Shown one piece after another: positions 1 to 8,406 of a stretch of DNA of 64,000 bases. This stretch comes from Tepidisphaera sp. (GTDB lineage Bacteria; Planctomycetota; Phycisphaerae; Phycisphaerales; UBA1924): contig CP051526.1 of NCBI GenBank assembly GCA_050916045.1, positions 1,696,001-1,760,000 on the forward strand, given 5' to 3'. The notes under the pieces are model-generated. The model worked only from the letters and a program-made list of their open reading frames with translations, searched no databases and was not told the origin of the DNA. A program made the translations under genes and the position numbers. Position 1 is the first letter of the stretch. Each line of letters opens with the position of its first letter.

Positions 1-384
1 CACCAACTCACGCTTCCGCGCAGGCGTCACAGTTGTTTTCGGAGCACGTCCTGCAACATCGCCTTGTCCAGCGACAGGTCCGCCACCAGCCGCTTGAGCT
101 TGAGGTTCTCCTCTTCGAGCTGTTTGAGCCGACGGACTTCCGCGACCCCCATCCCCGAGTACTTCTTCTTCCACCGGTAGAAAGTCGGCTCCAAACTCAA
201 GAAGGGGACGCCCATCTGCCGGCAGATCGCCGCCACCGCCGTCCCGCTCTCCGCCTGCGTGATCGCGTACGCAATCTGCTCCACACTGGACCGCTTCCGC
301 TTCATCGTCAGCCTCCCGAACAGAGGCCGGAATCATCCCAGATATCTCCCATTCAGGCTGGACCGGATTTCGGGGTCAAGACCA
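1..384 (-). mobile_element. IS3-family insertion sequence, left part (terminal IR, orfA, start of orfB; continues beyond the window)
   Basis: Minus strand begins 5'-TGGTCTTGACCCCG at 384 (TG terminus typical of IS3). OrfA follows, then an overlapping frame V/M-T-P-A-R-K-R-E-L-V runs off the edge. Confidence 0.85.
27..305 (-). CDS. IS3-family transposase OrfA
   Basis: 92 aa HTH plus leucine zipper: TFYRWKKKYSGM...RLKQLEEENLKLKRLVADLSLDKAMLQDVL. Confidence 0.9.
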   Translation of the reverse strand: MKRKRSSVEQIAYAITQAESGTAVAAICRQMGVPFLSLEPTFYRWKKKYSGMGVAEVRRLKQLEEENLKLKRLVADLSLDKAMLQDVLRKQL

Positions 385-537
385 AAACGACTTACGACGC
401 TGAGGCGGATGGCACGATAAGCCACCCAGAACGGTGCCACCAGCCGATCTTCGCTCGATGGATTTGGTGGAGTACATAAAACGCAAAGAAAGGCGACCAT
501 GCGGCCGCCCTTCAAAGGGTGACTTGGAAATCGTGAT

Positions 538-3500
538 TTAGTTCGGGAGGTCAACTTCGAGGATGTTCGATCGCGGGGATTCGCACGAGCCTTGATCGGC
601 GATCACGTAGAACTGGTAGAGACCGCCGCGGACAATGGGATTGGCTCCGGTGCCGTCGCGTATCGCGCGTTCGGCATTCGCCGGAACGTTCTCCCCGAGT
701 TCCCAAGCCTGCCACGAGCCCATGGTGAACCGACGTTGGTAGATCTGGAACTGGGTTTCGCATGACGAGTTGTCGTTCCAAAAGAGTTCCACCGATGTCG
801 ATGTGACCGACCCACGCCGCAGGCTCGTAGGTGCGTCAAGGCAACCCGGCGTCGCTCGCCCCTCGGGATGGTTGATGGTCCAAGCCGACGACCGGTCGCC
901 CTCAATGTCCGCTTTGATTCGGAACCGATACAGGCCGTCGGCTACAAGCCCGGTACGAACTGCCGTTGTTGCGTTGGCAGGCACGTTCTCGCCAAACGTG
1001 AACGCGCTCCACGCGGACCCATCCCACAACGAATCCTCGATCACAAATCGCGTCTCGCAGGTCGAAGTGTCAGTCCACGCGAGCGTGACCGAGCCGCACC
1101 CGGTCGAAAGAACCCTGAAGCTTCCGGGTACCACGACACAGTCATTCCCCGTGGTAGCCTCGACCACGTTGCTCCAGGGCGAGCCACGGACACCCTCGAT
1201 CTCCGCTGCGACACGGAACCGATAGAGGGTGCTATACGCGAGACCGGTGCGGCAGGCATCCCCTCGGTTGGCGGGCACGTTCTCACCAAGGACCCAGCCG
1301 TCCCATGATGTCCCGTTCCACCTGGATTGCTCGATCACGAACCTTGTCTCGCACGACGAGCTATCGCCCCAGAGCAGGCAGACCTGATTCCCGGAGACCG
1401 ATGCGACGCGGAGGTTCGATGGCGGCTGGAGGCAGTCATCCCCCGTGGTCGCCTCTACCACGTTGCTCCACGGCGAGCCACGGACGGGTTCAATCTCCGC
1501 CGCGATGCGGAACCGATAGAGGGTGTTGTACGCGAGCCCAGTCCGGCACGCATCGCCACGGTTGGCGGGCACGTTCTCGCCAAGGACCCACCCGTCCCAA
1601 GAGGATCCGTTCCAGCGTGATTGCTCGATCACGAAGCGCGTCTCGCACGACGAGGTATCGTTCCAGAGAAGGCACACCTGATTCTCGGCAACGCTTGCTA
1701 CTCGGAAGCTGCCCGGAGGCTGAAGGCAGTCCGACGCCGTTCGCGCCTCAGCCCAGTTGCTCCATGCCGAAGTCCGAACCCCGGCAATCTCGGCGCGGAT
1801 GCGGAACCGATAGAGCGTGTCGTAGGCGAGCCCGGTCCGGCACGCATCCCCGCGGTTGGGAGGCACGTTCTCGCCGAACTCGGCAGCCTCCCAGGATGAG
1901 CCGTTCCACCTCGACTGCTCGATCACAAACCGGTCTTCGCAGGACGAAGTGTCGCTCCACAGAAGGCAGACCTGCGTCCCGGCAACACTCGCCACGCGGA
2001 AATTTCCGGGGGGCTGAAGGCAATCCTGCCCGGTGTCGGCAGTGATCCACTCGCTCCAATCCGACACTCGGCCACCTTCGATCTCAGCCCTGATGCGGAA
2101 CCTGTACCGGGTTCCGGAAGACAGACCCGTCCGGCACGCGTCCCCGCGGTTGGACGGCACGTTCTCGCCGAACTCCGGCGGGCCCCACGCGGCCCCGTCC
2201 CACACTGACTGCTGGATCACAAACCGCGTCTCACAGGTCGAGGTGTCCGTCCATAGCAAGCATACCGACGACGAGGTCGTGCTTGCGACACGCCAACTCC
2301 CCGGCACCCGAACGCAGTCAGGCGTCGCCGAGGCGGTGCCGCCGATGGTGATGCAGTCTGCGAAACCCGGCGGCGAATCGACCCACGTCGAGACTCGGAA
2401 GACATAGTTCTGACCGGAAGTCAGCCCCGAGGCACGCTGCCTTGACGTGTTCGCCCCTGCCACCGTAACGAGCGAGAAGTTCACGCCGTCGCTGCTCTTT
2501 TCCACGATGTATCCCGACTCGCCCTGCGCGACATCGCTCCAGCACACATCCACCGCTGTCGACCACACGTTGCACACCCGGACGTTCGCCGGAGCGGGCA
2601 GCGGCACGCACGGCGTGCGGACCACCACCACTGGTTGCGACCACGGGCTGCACGCGTTCGAGCGCCCGTCGAACCGGCACGCCCGGATCCGCCACTTCGT
2701 CTCGGATGTCGGAAGAAGATCTGTCACGGACCACGAGAACGTGCCCGCGTCCAGCACCGCCGCGGTGCGGTACGTCGAGCCACCGTCGTCGCTACGGTCG
2801 ATCTCGTAAGTTTGATCGCACGAGCCCGCGGCTCCCCACGAGAACATCGCAGAACTCGACGTGATGTTCCCTGCGGCAAAGGCCTCCGGGGCCGTCGTCA
2901 CCGGGCACGAGCAGAAACTCAGCCCGTTCCCCTCGAACTCAGCCAGGAAATCCGCGTAATCGAAGAAGTCGAGGAACCCGTCCCCGTTGAAGTCCGCCGA
3001 CTTGCCCGGAGGGCACAGGGCGCCCTCGAAGCACTCGACGTACGCCAAATAGTCGAAGAAGTCCGTGAACCCGTCGCTGTTGAAGTCCGAGGGGCACTGG
3101 ATTGTCAGCCGTGCCGCCCGGCTCGTCACCGTGCTGCAACAGTTGGTCAAGACCGCCCGGTACGCGCCCGCGTCCGAGGCCTGCGCCGACGAGATCGTCA
3201 GTGCTGGGTTGTTGGCTCCGGGGATGTTCCGCCCGTCTCTCTGCCACTGGATCTCCGGCGTCGTTCCCGTGAAGCCCACGCTGAACGCTGCGCCACCCAG
3301 CAGCGACGCACTGGCGTCCTGAGGCTGCGTCGTGATGGTCAGTGGCGTGCACTCGCACGGCCGGGTTGTCCGAAGTGAGAGGGAAATAACTCCGAATGAA
3401 GAAGAACGCGGTGCAATAGCCCACTCATCGCCGTACCCCACGTCATACGCGGCCACCGCGAGAAAGTAAACCCCAGGAGAGAGGTCCAGATCCTGGCCCG

Positions 3501-4332
3501 TCGAACTCCCGCCGGACCCTGCGCCAAATGAGAGTAAGCTCGTCAGCATTCCTCCTGAGTTCGGTTCGTCGTCATTCTCCACAATCAACTCGCCCAACAC
3601 GTTGAACAGTCCGATCTTTGTGTCGTTGGGGTCCGACTCGGGGTCCCCGGCCAAACTTGTGCCCGCCGTCGAGATATCGAGAAAGGCGGGGGCCACGATC
3701 CCCGAAGGGACCTCGAATCGGAACAATTGATACCCGCCCGACTCCAGAGGTCGCGTTAGCGCAATCGGTGTCTCTCCGAGCACGCCGAGATTCTCGTGCG
3801 GTGGTGGTGGCAGCACCCCATCATCAAACGTGATCGTCAACGCTTCCCATACCGCGTCCACGCCCGGCTGATCAGAGCTGTTTCGATCGTCGGGTCTGTA
3901 TTCGTAGAATCGGAACTCCCATTCACCTGCAGTCGCCGTCACCCAGCCGAAAAAATCTTCATCGAGATCAGTCATCTGTCCACTGACCGACACACGCCCA
4001 CCTGCACCGAATTGAACCTCGCCGATCCAAAGATCGAAGGAGTCGCCTTCTGGGCCGACGGCTTCAATTCTGCTATCGAGAGGAATCGTTCCTGCAGCGG
4101 ATCGGCGAAGCGTCCCGCTGAAACTGACCTTCCGTGCCGTGTACCCCCCTACCAACGTTCGGGTTCGCGTTGCATTCGTGTCATCGTAGTACTCGCCGTC
4201 GGAGTTCACGTTCGTGAACGTCACGCTCTCGCGCGGGTCCGCCGTCGCTGCTCCCACCCCTACGCACATCGCCAGCCCAGCAACGATGCGACATCCCCAC
4301 GTTGCGGCCCATCGAACCGTTCCATCCAGCAT
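538..4332 (-). CDS. Large secreted/surface protein: signal peptide, beta-sandwich domains, Ig-like domain, internal dockerin-like repeat, about 8 fibronectin type III domains
   Basis: N-terminal hydrophobic leader; Ig motif ITTQP...QWQRDG...DAGAYR; CPSDFNSDGFTDFFDY...ADFNGDGFLDFFDY; repeated W-x-D...GL...YRFRI FN3 units. Confidence 0.85.
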   Translation of the reverse strand: MLDGTVRWAATWGCRIVAGLAMCVGVGAATADPRESVTFTNVNSDGEYYDDTNATRTRTLVGGYTARKVSFSGTLRRSAAGTIPLDSRIEAVGPEGDSFDLWIGEVQFGAGGRVSVSGQMTDLDEDFFGWVTATAGEWEFRFYEYRPDDRNSSDQPGVDAVWEALTITFDDGVLPPPPHENLGVLGETPIALTRPLESGGYQLFRFEVPSGIVAPAFLDISTAGTSLAGDPESDPNDTKIGLFNVLGELIVENDDEPNSGGMLTSLLSFGAGSGGSSTGQDLDLSPGVYFLAVAAYDVGYGDEWAIAPRSSSFGVISLSLRTTRPCECTPLTITTQPQDASASLLGGAAFSVGFTGTTPEIQWQRDGRNIPGANNPALTISSAQASDAGAYRAVLTNCCSTVTSRAARLTIQCPSDFNSDGFTDFFDYLAYVECFEGALCPPGKSADFNGDGFLDFFDYADFLAEFEGNGLSFCSCPVTTAPEAFAAGNITSSSAMFSWGAAGSCDQTYEIDRSDDGGSTYRTAAVLDAGTFSWSVTDLLPTSETKWRIRACRFDGRSNACSPWSQPVVVVRTPCVPLPAPANVRVCNVWSTAVDVCWSDVAQGESGYIVEKSSDGVNFSLVTVAGANTSRQRASGLTSGQNYVFRVSTWVDSPPGFADCITIGGTASATPDCVRVPGSWRVASTTSSSVCLLWTDTSTCETRFVIQQSVWDGAAWGPPEFGENVPSNRGDACRTGLSSGTRYRFRIRAEIEGGRVSDWSEWITADTGQDCLQPPGNFRVASVAGTQVCLLWSDTSSCEDRFVIEQSRWNGSSWEAAEFGENVPPNRGDACRTGLAYDTLYRFRIRAEIAGVRTSAWSNWAEARTASDCLQPPGSFRVASVAENQVCLLWNDTSSCETRFVIEQSRWNGSSWDGWVLGENVPANRGDACRTGLAYNTLYRFRIAAEIEPVRGSPWSNVVEATTGDDCLQPPSNLRVASVSGNQVCLLWGDSSSCETRFVIEQSRWNGTSWDGWVLGENVPANRGDACRTGLAYSTLYRFRVAAEIEGVRGSPWSNVVEATTGNDCVVVPGSFRVLSTGCGSVTLAWTDTSTCETRFVIEDSLWDGSAWSAFTFGENVPANATTAVRTGLVADGLYRFRIKADIEGDRSSAWTINHPEGRATPGCLDAPTSLRRGSVTSTSVELFWNDNSSCETQFQIYQRRFTMGSWQAWELGENVPANAERAIRDGTGANPIVRGGLYQFYVIADQGSCESPRSNILEVDLPN
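684..2310. repeat. Intragenic tandem repeats of ~294 bp (98-aa FN3 units)
   Basis: GCACGTTCTC recurs at 981, 1275, 1569, 1863 and 2157 (exact 294 spacing), with a variant at 684. Confidence 0.9.
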
Positions 4333-4376
4333 TCCATCGCTCCTCGACCGGCATCGGTCACATTGTTGGTCTGGAC

Positions 4377-4765
4377 TGACCTGCCCCCATGGTTCATACC
4401 ACCTTGAGAGTTAGTGTATCCGCTTTTTTCACCGCCCGACCCCCGCACCCCACACACCCCCATCCCCGTCGCTCAGGGTCGTTCCGCCCGGTTGCACCGA
4501 CTCGGGCGCAGACGGCTTGTACCCCAGCGAGGAGTGCGGCCGCGTCGTGTTGTAGTGCTTTCGCCATCGTTCCACCAAGACCTTCGCTTCCCTCAGAGTA
4601 TAGAAGATCTCCCCGTTGAGCAGCTCGTCCCGCAGCTTCCCGTTGAAGCTCTCCATATACCCGTTCTCCCACGGGCTCCCGGGCTGGATGTACAGCGTCC
4701 TCACGCCCACCTTGCCCAGCCAGTCCCGCACCACCCCCGCTGTGAACTGGGGCAACTCGTTGTCT
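4377..4765 (-). pseudogene. IS3-family OrfB (DDE integrase core) 3' remnant with right terminal repeat
   Basis: YIQPGSPWENGYMESFNGKLRDELLN...HYNTTRPHSSLGY; minus strand ends ...GGGGCAGGTCA at 4377; 5' part of the transposase is absent. Confidence 0.88.
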
Positions 4766-4951
4766 CTTCCGCTTGGGATATTGAGCACGCGGAGGCCGTC
4801 CACGGCCGAGACCCGATCGCCACGGGTTCATGCCGTTCGAGACCGCGCGTCGCAGTTCGACCCAAGGCAAGGCGGTAACCGGTATACTGTTGAAAGGACC
4901 GCCGACGGAAGCTAGGGGTTTCCTCGGGGTGGGGTCATGTGGAGCCACAGA

Positions 4952-5896
4952 ATGCAGCCCGATCCTGCTCGACCTACGCCTGAACGACCGGGCCTAATGC
5001 GCGATTTGTCGGCGACGCCGGTTGCGGTGAGGCCGGTTCCTGTTTCGCCGCCGCAGACCGTCAAGCCAGTGGCGCGTGCGCCGAAGACTCCGCAACAGGC
5101 GGCTTCAACCGTCTCCGCCGATGTGGCGGAATCCCAGCCAGCGGAGGACCGAGGATCGCATTCGCGAGTGGTCGGCTTGGTCGCCGGGGCCTTGGTCTTG
5201 GTAGCCGCGATTTTCGCGATCCGAGGTCCGCAGCCGAACTGGGACGGACCGCACACGGGCCAGAACTGGGAGCAAATCGAGTCTCTCCGGAACACCTCGC
5301 CCAAATCGGTGGTTCGCGTTCGAGCCGGGCATGAGCCGGAGATCACGGAGAGCATCGCGTTGTCCTCAGCGGATCAGGATGATGCGACCACGAAGGCGGT
5401 CGTGGACGCACTGAGGCAAGGGAACACGAACGCGGCGAACGCTGCGATTCAAGCGGCGTGCAAGATCCCTGATCTCGAGCGTGCGATGACTCTTGGCGAC
5501 GCGATCAAGGCGAACGAGGCGATGCGGGAACCGTCTCGCGGTCTCGACCCATCGCCGGTGTCGCCGGTGCTGCAACCGGGCATGTCCGAGGATCTGCTCA
5601 ATGGGAGCACGAAGTTCTACAGCATTTTTCTCTACGACAACTGCGTCGAGGACGGGGACATCGTCCGTGTGGAGATCAACAAGCAACCGTTTGCGATGGT
5701 TCCCCTCACCCGGACCGGAGCAACGCTTTCGATTCCAGTCAATTCGGGGCAGGCATTCGAGGTCGAGATTTTCGGCATCCGGGACGGCGGCGGCGGGATC
5801 ACCGTGGCCTGCCAGACAAGCAATGGAGCGTACTTCGCGAGAGCGATCCAGCCGGGTGAACGGGCGCCGCTGACGTTTGTGCCTGCGAAGCAGTAA
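4952..5896 (+). CDS. Single-pass membrane protein: Pro-rich N-terminus, TM helix, C-terminal beta-rich domain of unknown function
   Basis: GGAG RBS before ATG 4952 (alternative start 4937); TM VVGLVAGALVLVAAIFAI; C-terminal YDNCVEDGDIVRVEIN...DGGGGIT. Confidence 0.75.
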   Translation: MQPDPARPTPERPGLMRDLSATPVAVRPVPVSPPQTVKPVARAPKTPQQAASTVSADVAESQPAEDRGSHSRVVGLVAGALVLVAAIFAIRGPQPNWDGPHTGQNWEQIESLRNTSPKSVVRVRAGHEPEITESIALSSADQDDATTKAVVDALRQGNTNAANAAIQAACKIPDLERAMTLGDAIKANEAMREPSRGLDPSPVSPVLQPGMSEDLLNGSTKFYSIFLYDNCVEDGDIVRVEINKQPFAMVPLTRTGATLSIPVNSGQAFEVEIFGIRDGGGGITVACQTSNGAYFARAIQPGERAPLTFVPAKQ

Positions 5897-5932
5897 CGGG
5901 ACGCGACTCGCGCGTCAGGTCCGAGGAAATTC

Positions 5933-6085
5933 ATGCCACAGATATGGGCACGGATCACGGAACTTTGGAGTACATCAACGCCCTTTCGCATGATGCTGAT
6001 CGGGGCCGGCATCTGTCTTCTTGTCCTGATGGCGACTTCGAAGCCTTCGACATCGAGTTCCACGCCGGCCGGTTCGCACCCCTAG
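5933..6085 (+). CDS. Small 50-aa membrane peptide (not in the ORF track)
   Basis: GAGGAA RBS; MPQIWARITELWSTSTPFRMMLIGAGICLLVLMATSKPSTSSSTPAGSHP; fills the gap between co-oriented genes. Confidence 0.6.
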   Translation: MPQIWARITELWSTSTPFRMMLIGAGICLLVLMATSKPSTSSSTPAGSHP

Positions 6086-6119
6086 CGCGAGCAGAAGGCG
6101 GCCTTTGACCGAACGAGCC

Positions 6120-7406
6120 ATGGCGAACAACGCAGTCTTCCAGATCATCATGCTGTGCGCAACAGGATTCAGCCTGTTGTTCCTCATCGCGAATAGCCTC
6201 CCCGGGGGTTGGTTTCTGGTCTTGGCGCTGCTCGTGTTCTGCGTCGGCGGAGCGTGCACGCTCTACCTGCTGAGGTACGAGCCGAAGACGGCGGCGTCGC
6301 TGCACACGACGCCGGGCTTTCGTCAGTTCATTGATGCGGTCTGTGCCGTCACATCGCAACAGGCTCCGAGCGGCGGGGTCGCAGCCGCCGCCGGAAGCGG
6401 CGCGCCCCGACCGTCCGATTCGCCCGCGACGCAGGATCGGACCGCGGCGGCGGACGACGGCATCACGCCGCGCTCAGCGGAGGACTTCGCCTCAATCCGC
6501 ACGTCCATGACACGGAGAGTCATCGGGCACGACGACGCCATCGCCGGGCTCCTTTCGCACCTAGAGCGATCGGTCCTTCTACGACGGCGGCGTGGGCACG
6601 TTGAGGACTCGCCTCCGCTGGGCGTCTTCCTTCTCGTCGGCCCTGCGGGGATCGGAAAGAGGCATCTCTCGATCCAGCTCGCCGCCCATCTTTTCACCAG
6701 GCCGGCCGTTCTGACTCTTCGCGGGGGCGACTATGCCGACCCGGCCACCGCGGCCCAGCTGCTGTTCGGATCCGTATCGCAGCCGGGAGTGCTGCTTGCC
6801 GCGCTTCGGACGAATCCGCAGCAGGTGGTGTTCATCGAATCGACCGAGCTGGTGGCTCCGAAGGCGCTCCAGATGCTGCGAGACGCCATTCGGGCGGGGT
6901 GCGCGGTCGACGAGTCGGGGAGATCCGTGTCGTTCAAGGACGCCGTCGTGATCTTCTCCACCGCCAAGGGTCAGAGTTCAATGGACGCCGCGATCCGGCG
7001 GCATGGAGACGTGGAGACAAGGCACTCGGACATCATTGATGCGATGAGCCGCGAGTTGGGGTCGGATCCCGAGTTCTTCGCGGTCTTCTCGGATTACTAT
7101 CTGCTTCGGACCCCAGACCCGGAGCAGCGTGCCCTGATTCTGCTCCACATCATGAGTCGGATTTGCGCCGAGTACGGCGTTGAACTGGCCTACGTGGAGC
7201 CTAGAATACTGCTTGCCGAGGTGGTTGCGCTTCCACCGACGCCGATGTTCGAGTCGGCTCCCGACCGGCTGCGCCGACGACTGATTCCTGAGCTGGCTGA
7301 CTTGGCGAAGCGGTCGCGTCATCGGCTGATATGGCAGTTGGAAGAAGAGCCCATCCGGGCGGGCGTCCGCGAAGAGCGGACAGCTGACCGAGGACTGACA
7401 CCATGA
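6120..7406 (+). CDS. Membrane-anchored ClpA/B-D2-like AAA+ protein with degenerate catalytic motifs
   Basis: Two N-terminal TM helices; RVIGHDDAI; FLLVGPAGIGKR (Walker A, T replaced by R); VVFIESTE (no DE); DESGRSVSFKDAVVIFST. Confidence 0.8.
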   Translation: MANNAVFQIIMLCATGFSLLFLIANSLPGGWFLVLALLVFCVGGACTLYLLRYEPKTAASLHTTPGFRQFIDAVCAVTSQQAPSGGVAAAAGSGAPRPSDSPATQDRTAAADDGITPRSAEDFASIRTSMTRRVIGHDDAIAGLLSHLERSVLLRRRRGHVEDSPPLGVFLLVGPAGIGKRHLSIQLAAHLFTRPAVLTLRGGDYADPATAAQLLFGSVSQPGVLLAALRTNPQQVVFIESTELVAPKALQMLRDAIRAGCAVDESGRSVSFKDAVVIFSTAKGQSSMDAAIRRHGDVETRHSDIIDAMSRELGSDPEFFAVFSDYYLLRTPDPEQRALILLHIMSRICAEYGVELAYVEPRILLAEVVALPPTPMFESAPDRLRRRLIPELADLAKRSRHRLIWQLEEEPIRAGVREERTADRGLTP

Positions 7407-8395
7407 GCAACTTCGATTCCATGACCGACTGGGAGAAGCTGCGTTCGATGCTCCAGAACTCGGAGTTGTCGGGCGCACCACGCGAGATCGATGAGGAGGA
7501 GATGAGGCGATCGCTCTCCACCCGAGTCCGCGGGCAGGACCACGTGATCGACGACCTCTGCCGTCTCATTCGGGTGCAGTGGGGAAAGCGGGAACGGAAG
7601 CGGCCGATCGCAAGCGTCCTGTTCCTCGGACCCACTGCGACCGGCAAGACCGAGCTCGCTAAGGCAATGGCGCAGTTTCTCTTCGAGGACGAGAAGAACC
7701 TGCTGTTCCTGAACTGCGAATCGTACTCGGGCGCGCACAGCAAGGACCAGCTCATCGGCGTTCCGAGGGGCTACTCGGGGTGGGAATCGGGCGGGCAGCT
7801 CACACGTCCGGTGATCCAGAACAAGCGTCGTCTCGTCTTGTTCGACGAGGTCGAGAAGGCCTATTCAGGTATCTTCGACCTGTTCCTCTCGATGATGGGC
7901 GAAGGACGGCTTGTAGAAGCGGGTACGGAGCGCGAGGCCGATTTCACGGAGTCCATCATCGTGCTGACGAGCAACGCGGAGGCTGCGCAGATCGCCAAAA
8001 TCGACGCGCAGCTGTCCGATCCACAAGAGAAGGCCAATGCGATCAAGCAGCACCTTCGCGACACCAACAAGTTTCGGGCAGAGATTCTTGGTCGGTTTGA
8101 CCGGATCTACGTGTTTAGGCCGCTATCGGGCATGATCAACGCCGAGATCGCGATCATCAAGATGCGGTCCCTGGCCAAGGAGTTCGGGGTTGACTTGGCT
8201 TACGTCTCTCCAGATCTGGTGTTTGAAGCGATGCAGCGCAGTCAGAAGCTGAAGGACTTCGGTACGCGGGAACTCGACCGGGTCATCAATGAGATGCTCG
8301 GCGATGCGATGCTGCAGGCGCGGCAGCACAACGTGAAGCGGATTAAACTCCGAGCTGATTCAGACGGCGTCCTTCATGTGGATCCCGCCGACTAG
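7403..8395 (+). CDS. Stand-alone ClpA/B second-domain (AAA_2) ATPase
   Basis: RVRGQDHVI; LFLGPTATGKTELAKA; pore loop LIGVPRGYSG; LFDEVEKA; LTSN; FRAEILGRFD; FGTREL; ATGA overlap with the upstream gene. Confidence 0.9.
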   Translation: MSNFDSMTDWEKLRSMLQNSELSGAPREIDEEEMRRSLSTRVRGQDHVIDDLCRLIRVQWGKRERKRPIASVLFLGPTATGKTELAKAMAQFLFEDEKNLLFLNCESYSGAHSKDQLIGVPRGYSGWESGGQLTRPVIQNKRRLVLFDEVEKAYSGIFDLFLSMMGEGRLVEAGTEREADFTESIIVLTSNAEAAQIAKIDAQLSDPQEKANAIKQHLRDTNKFRAEILGRFDRIYVFRPLSGMINAEIAIIKMRSLAKEFGVDLAYVSPDLVFEAMQRSQKLKDFGTRELDRVINEMLGDAMLQARQHNVKRIKLRADSDGVLHVDPAD

Positions 8396-8406
8396 GCAAC
8401 TTCCCT

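Noticed and set aside
684..2310. CRISPR array or DGR template/variable repeats
   Set aside because: The repeats are in-frame protein domains; no spacers, cas or reverse transcriptase genes are visible anywhere in the window.
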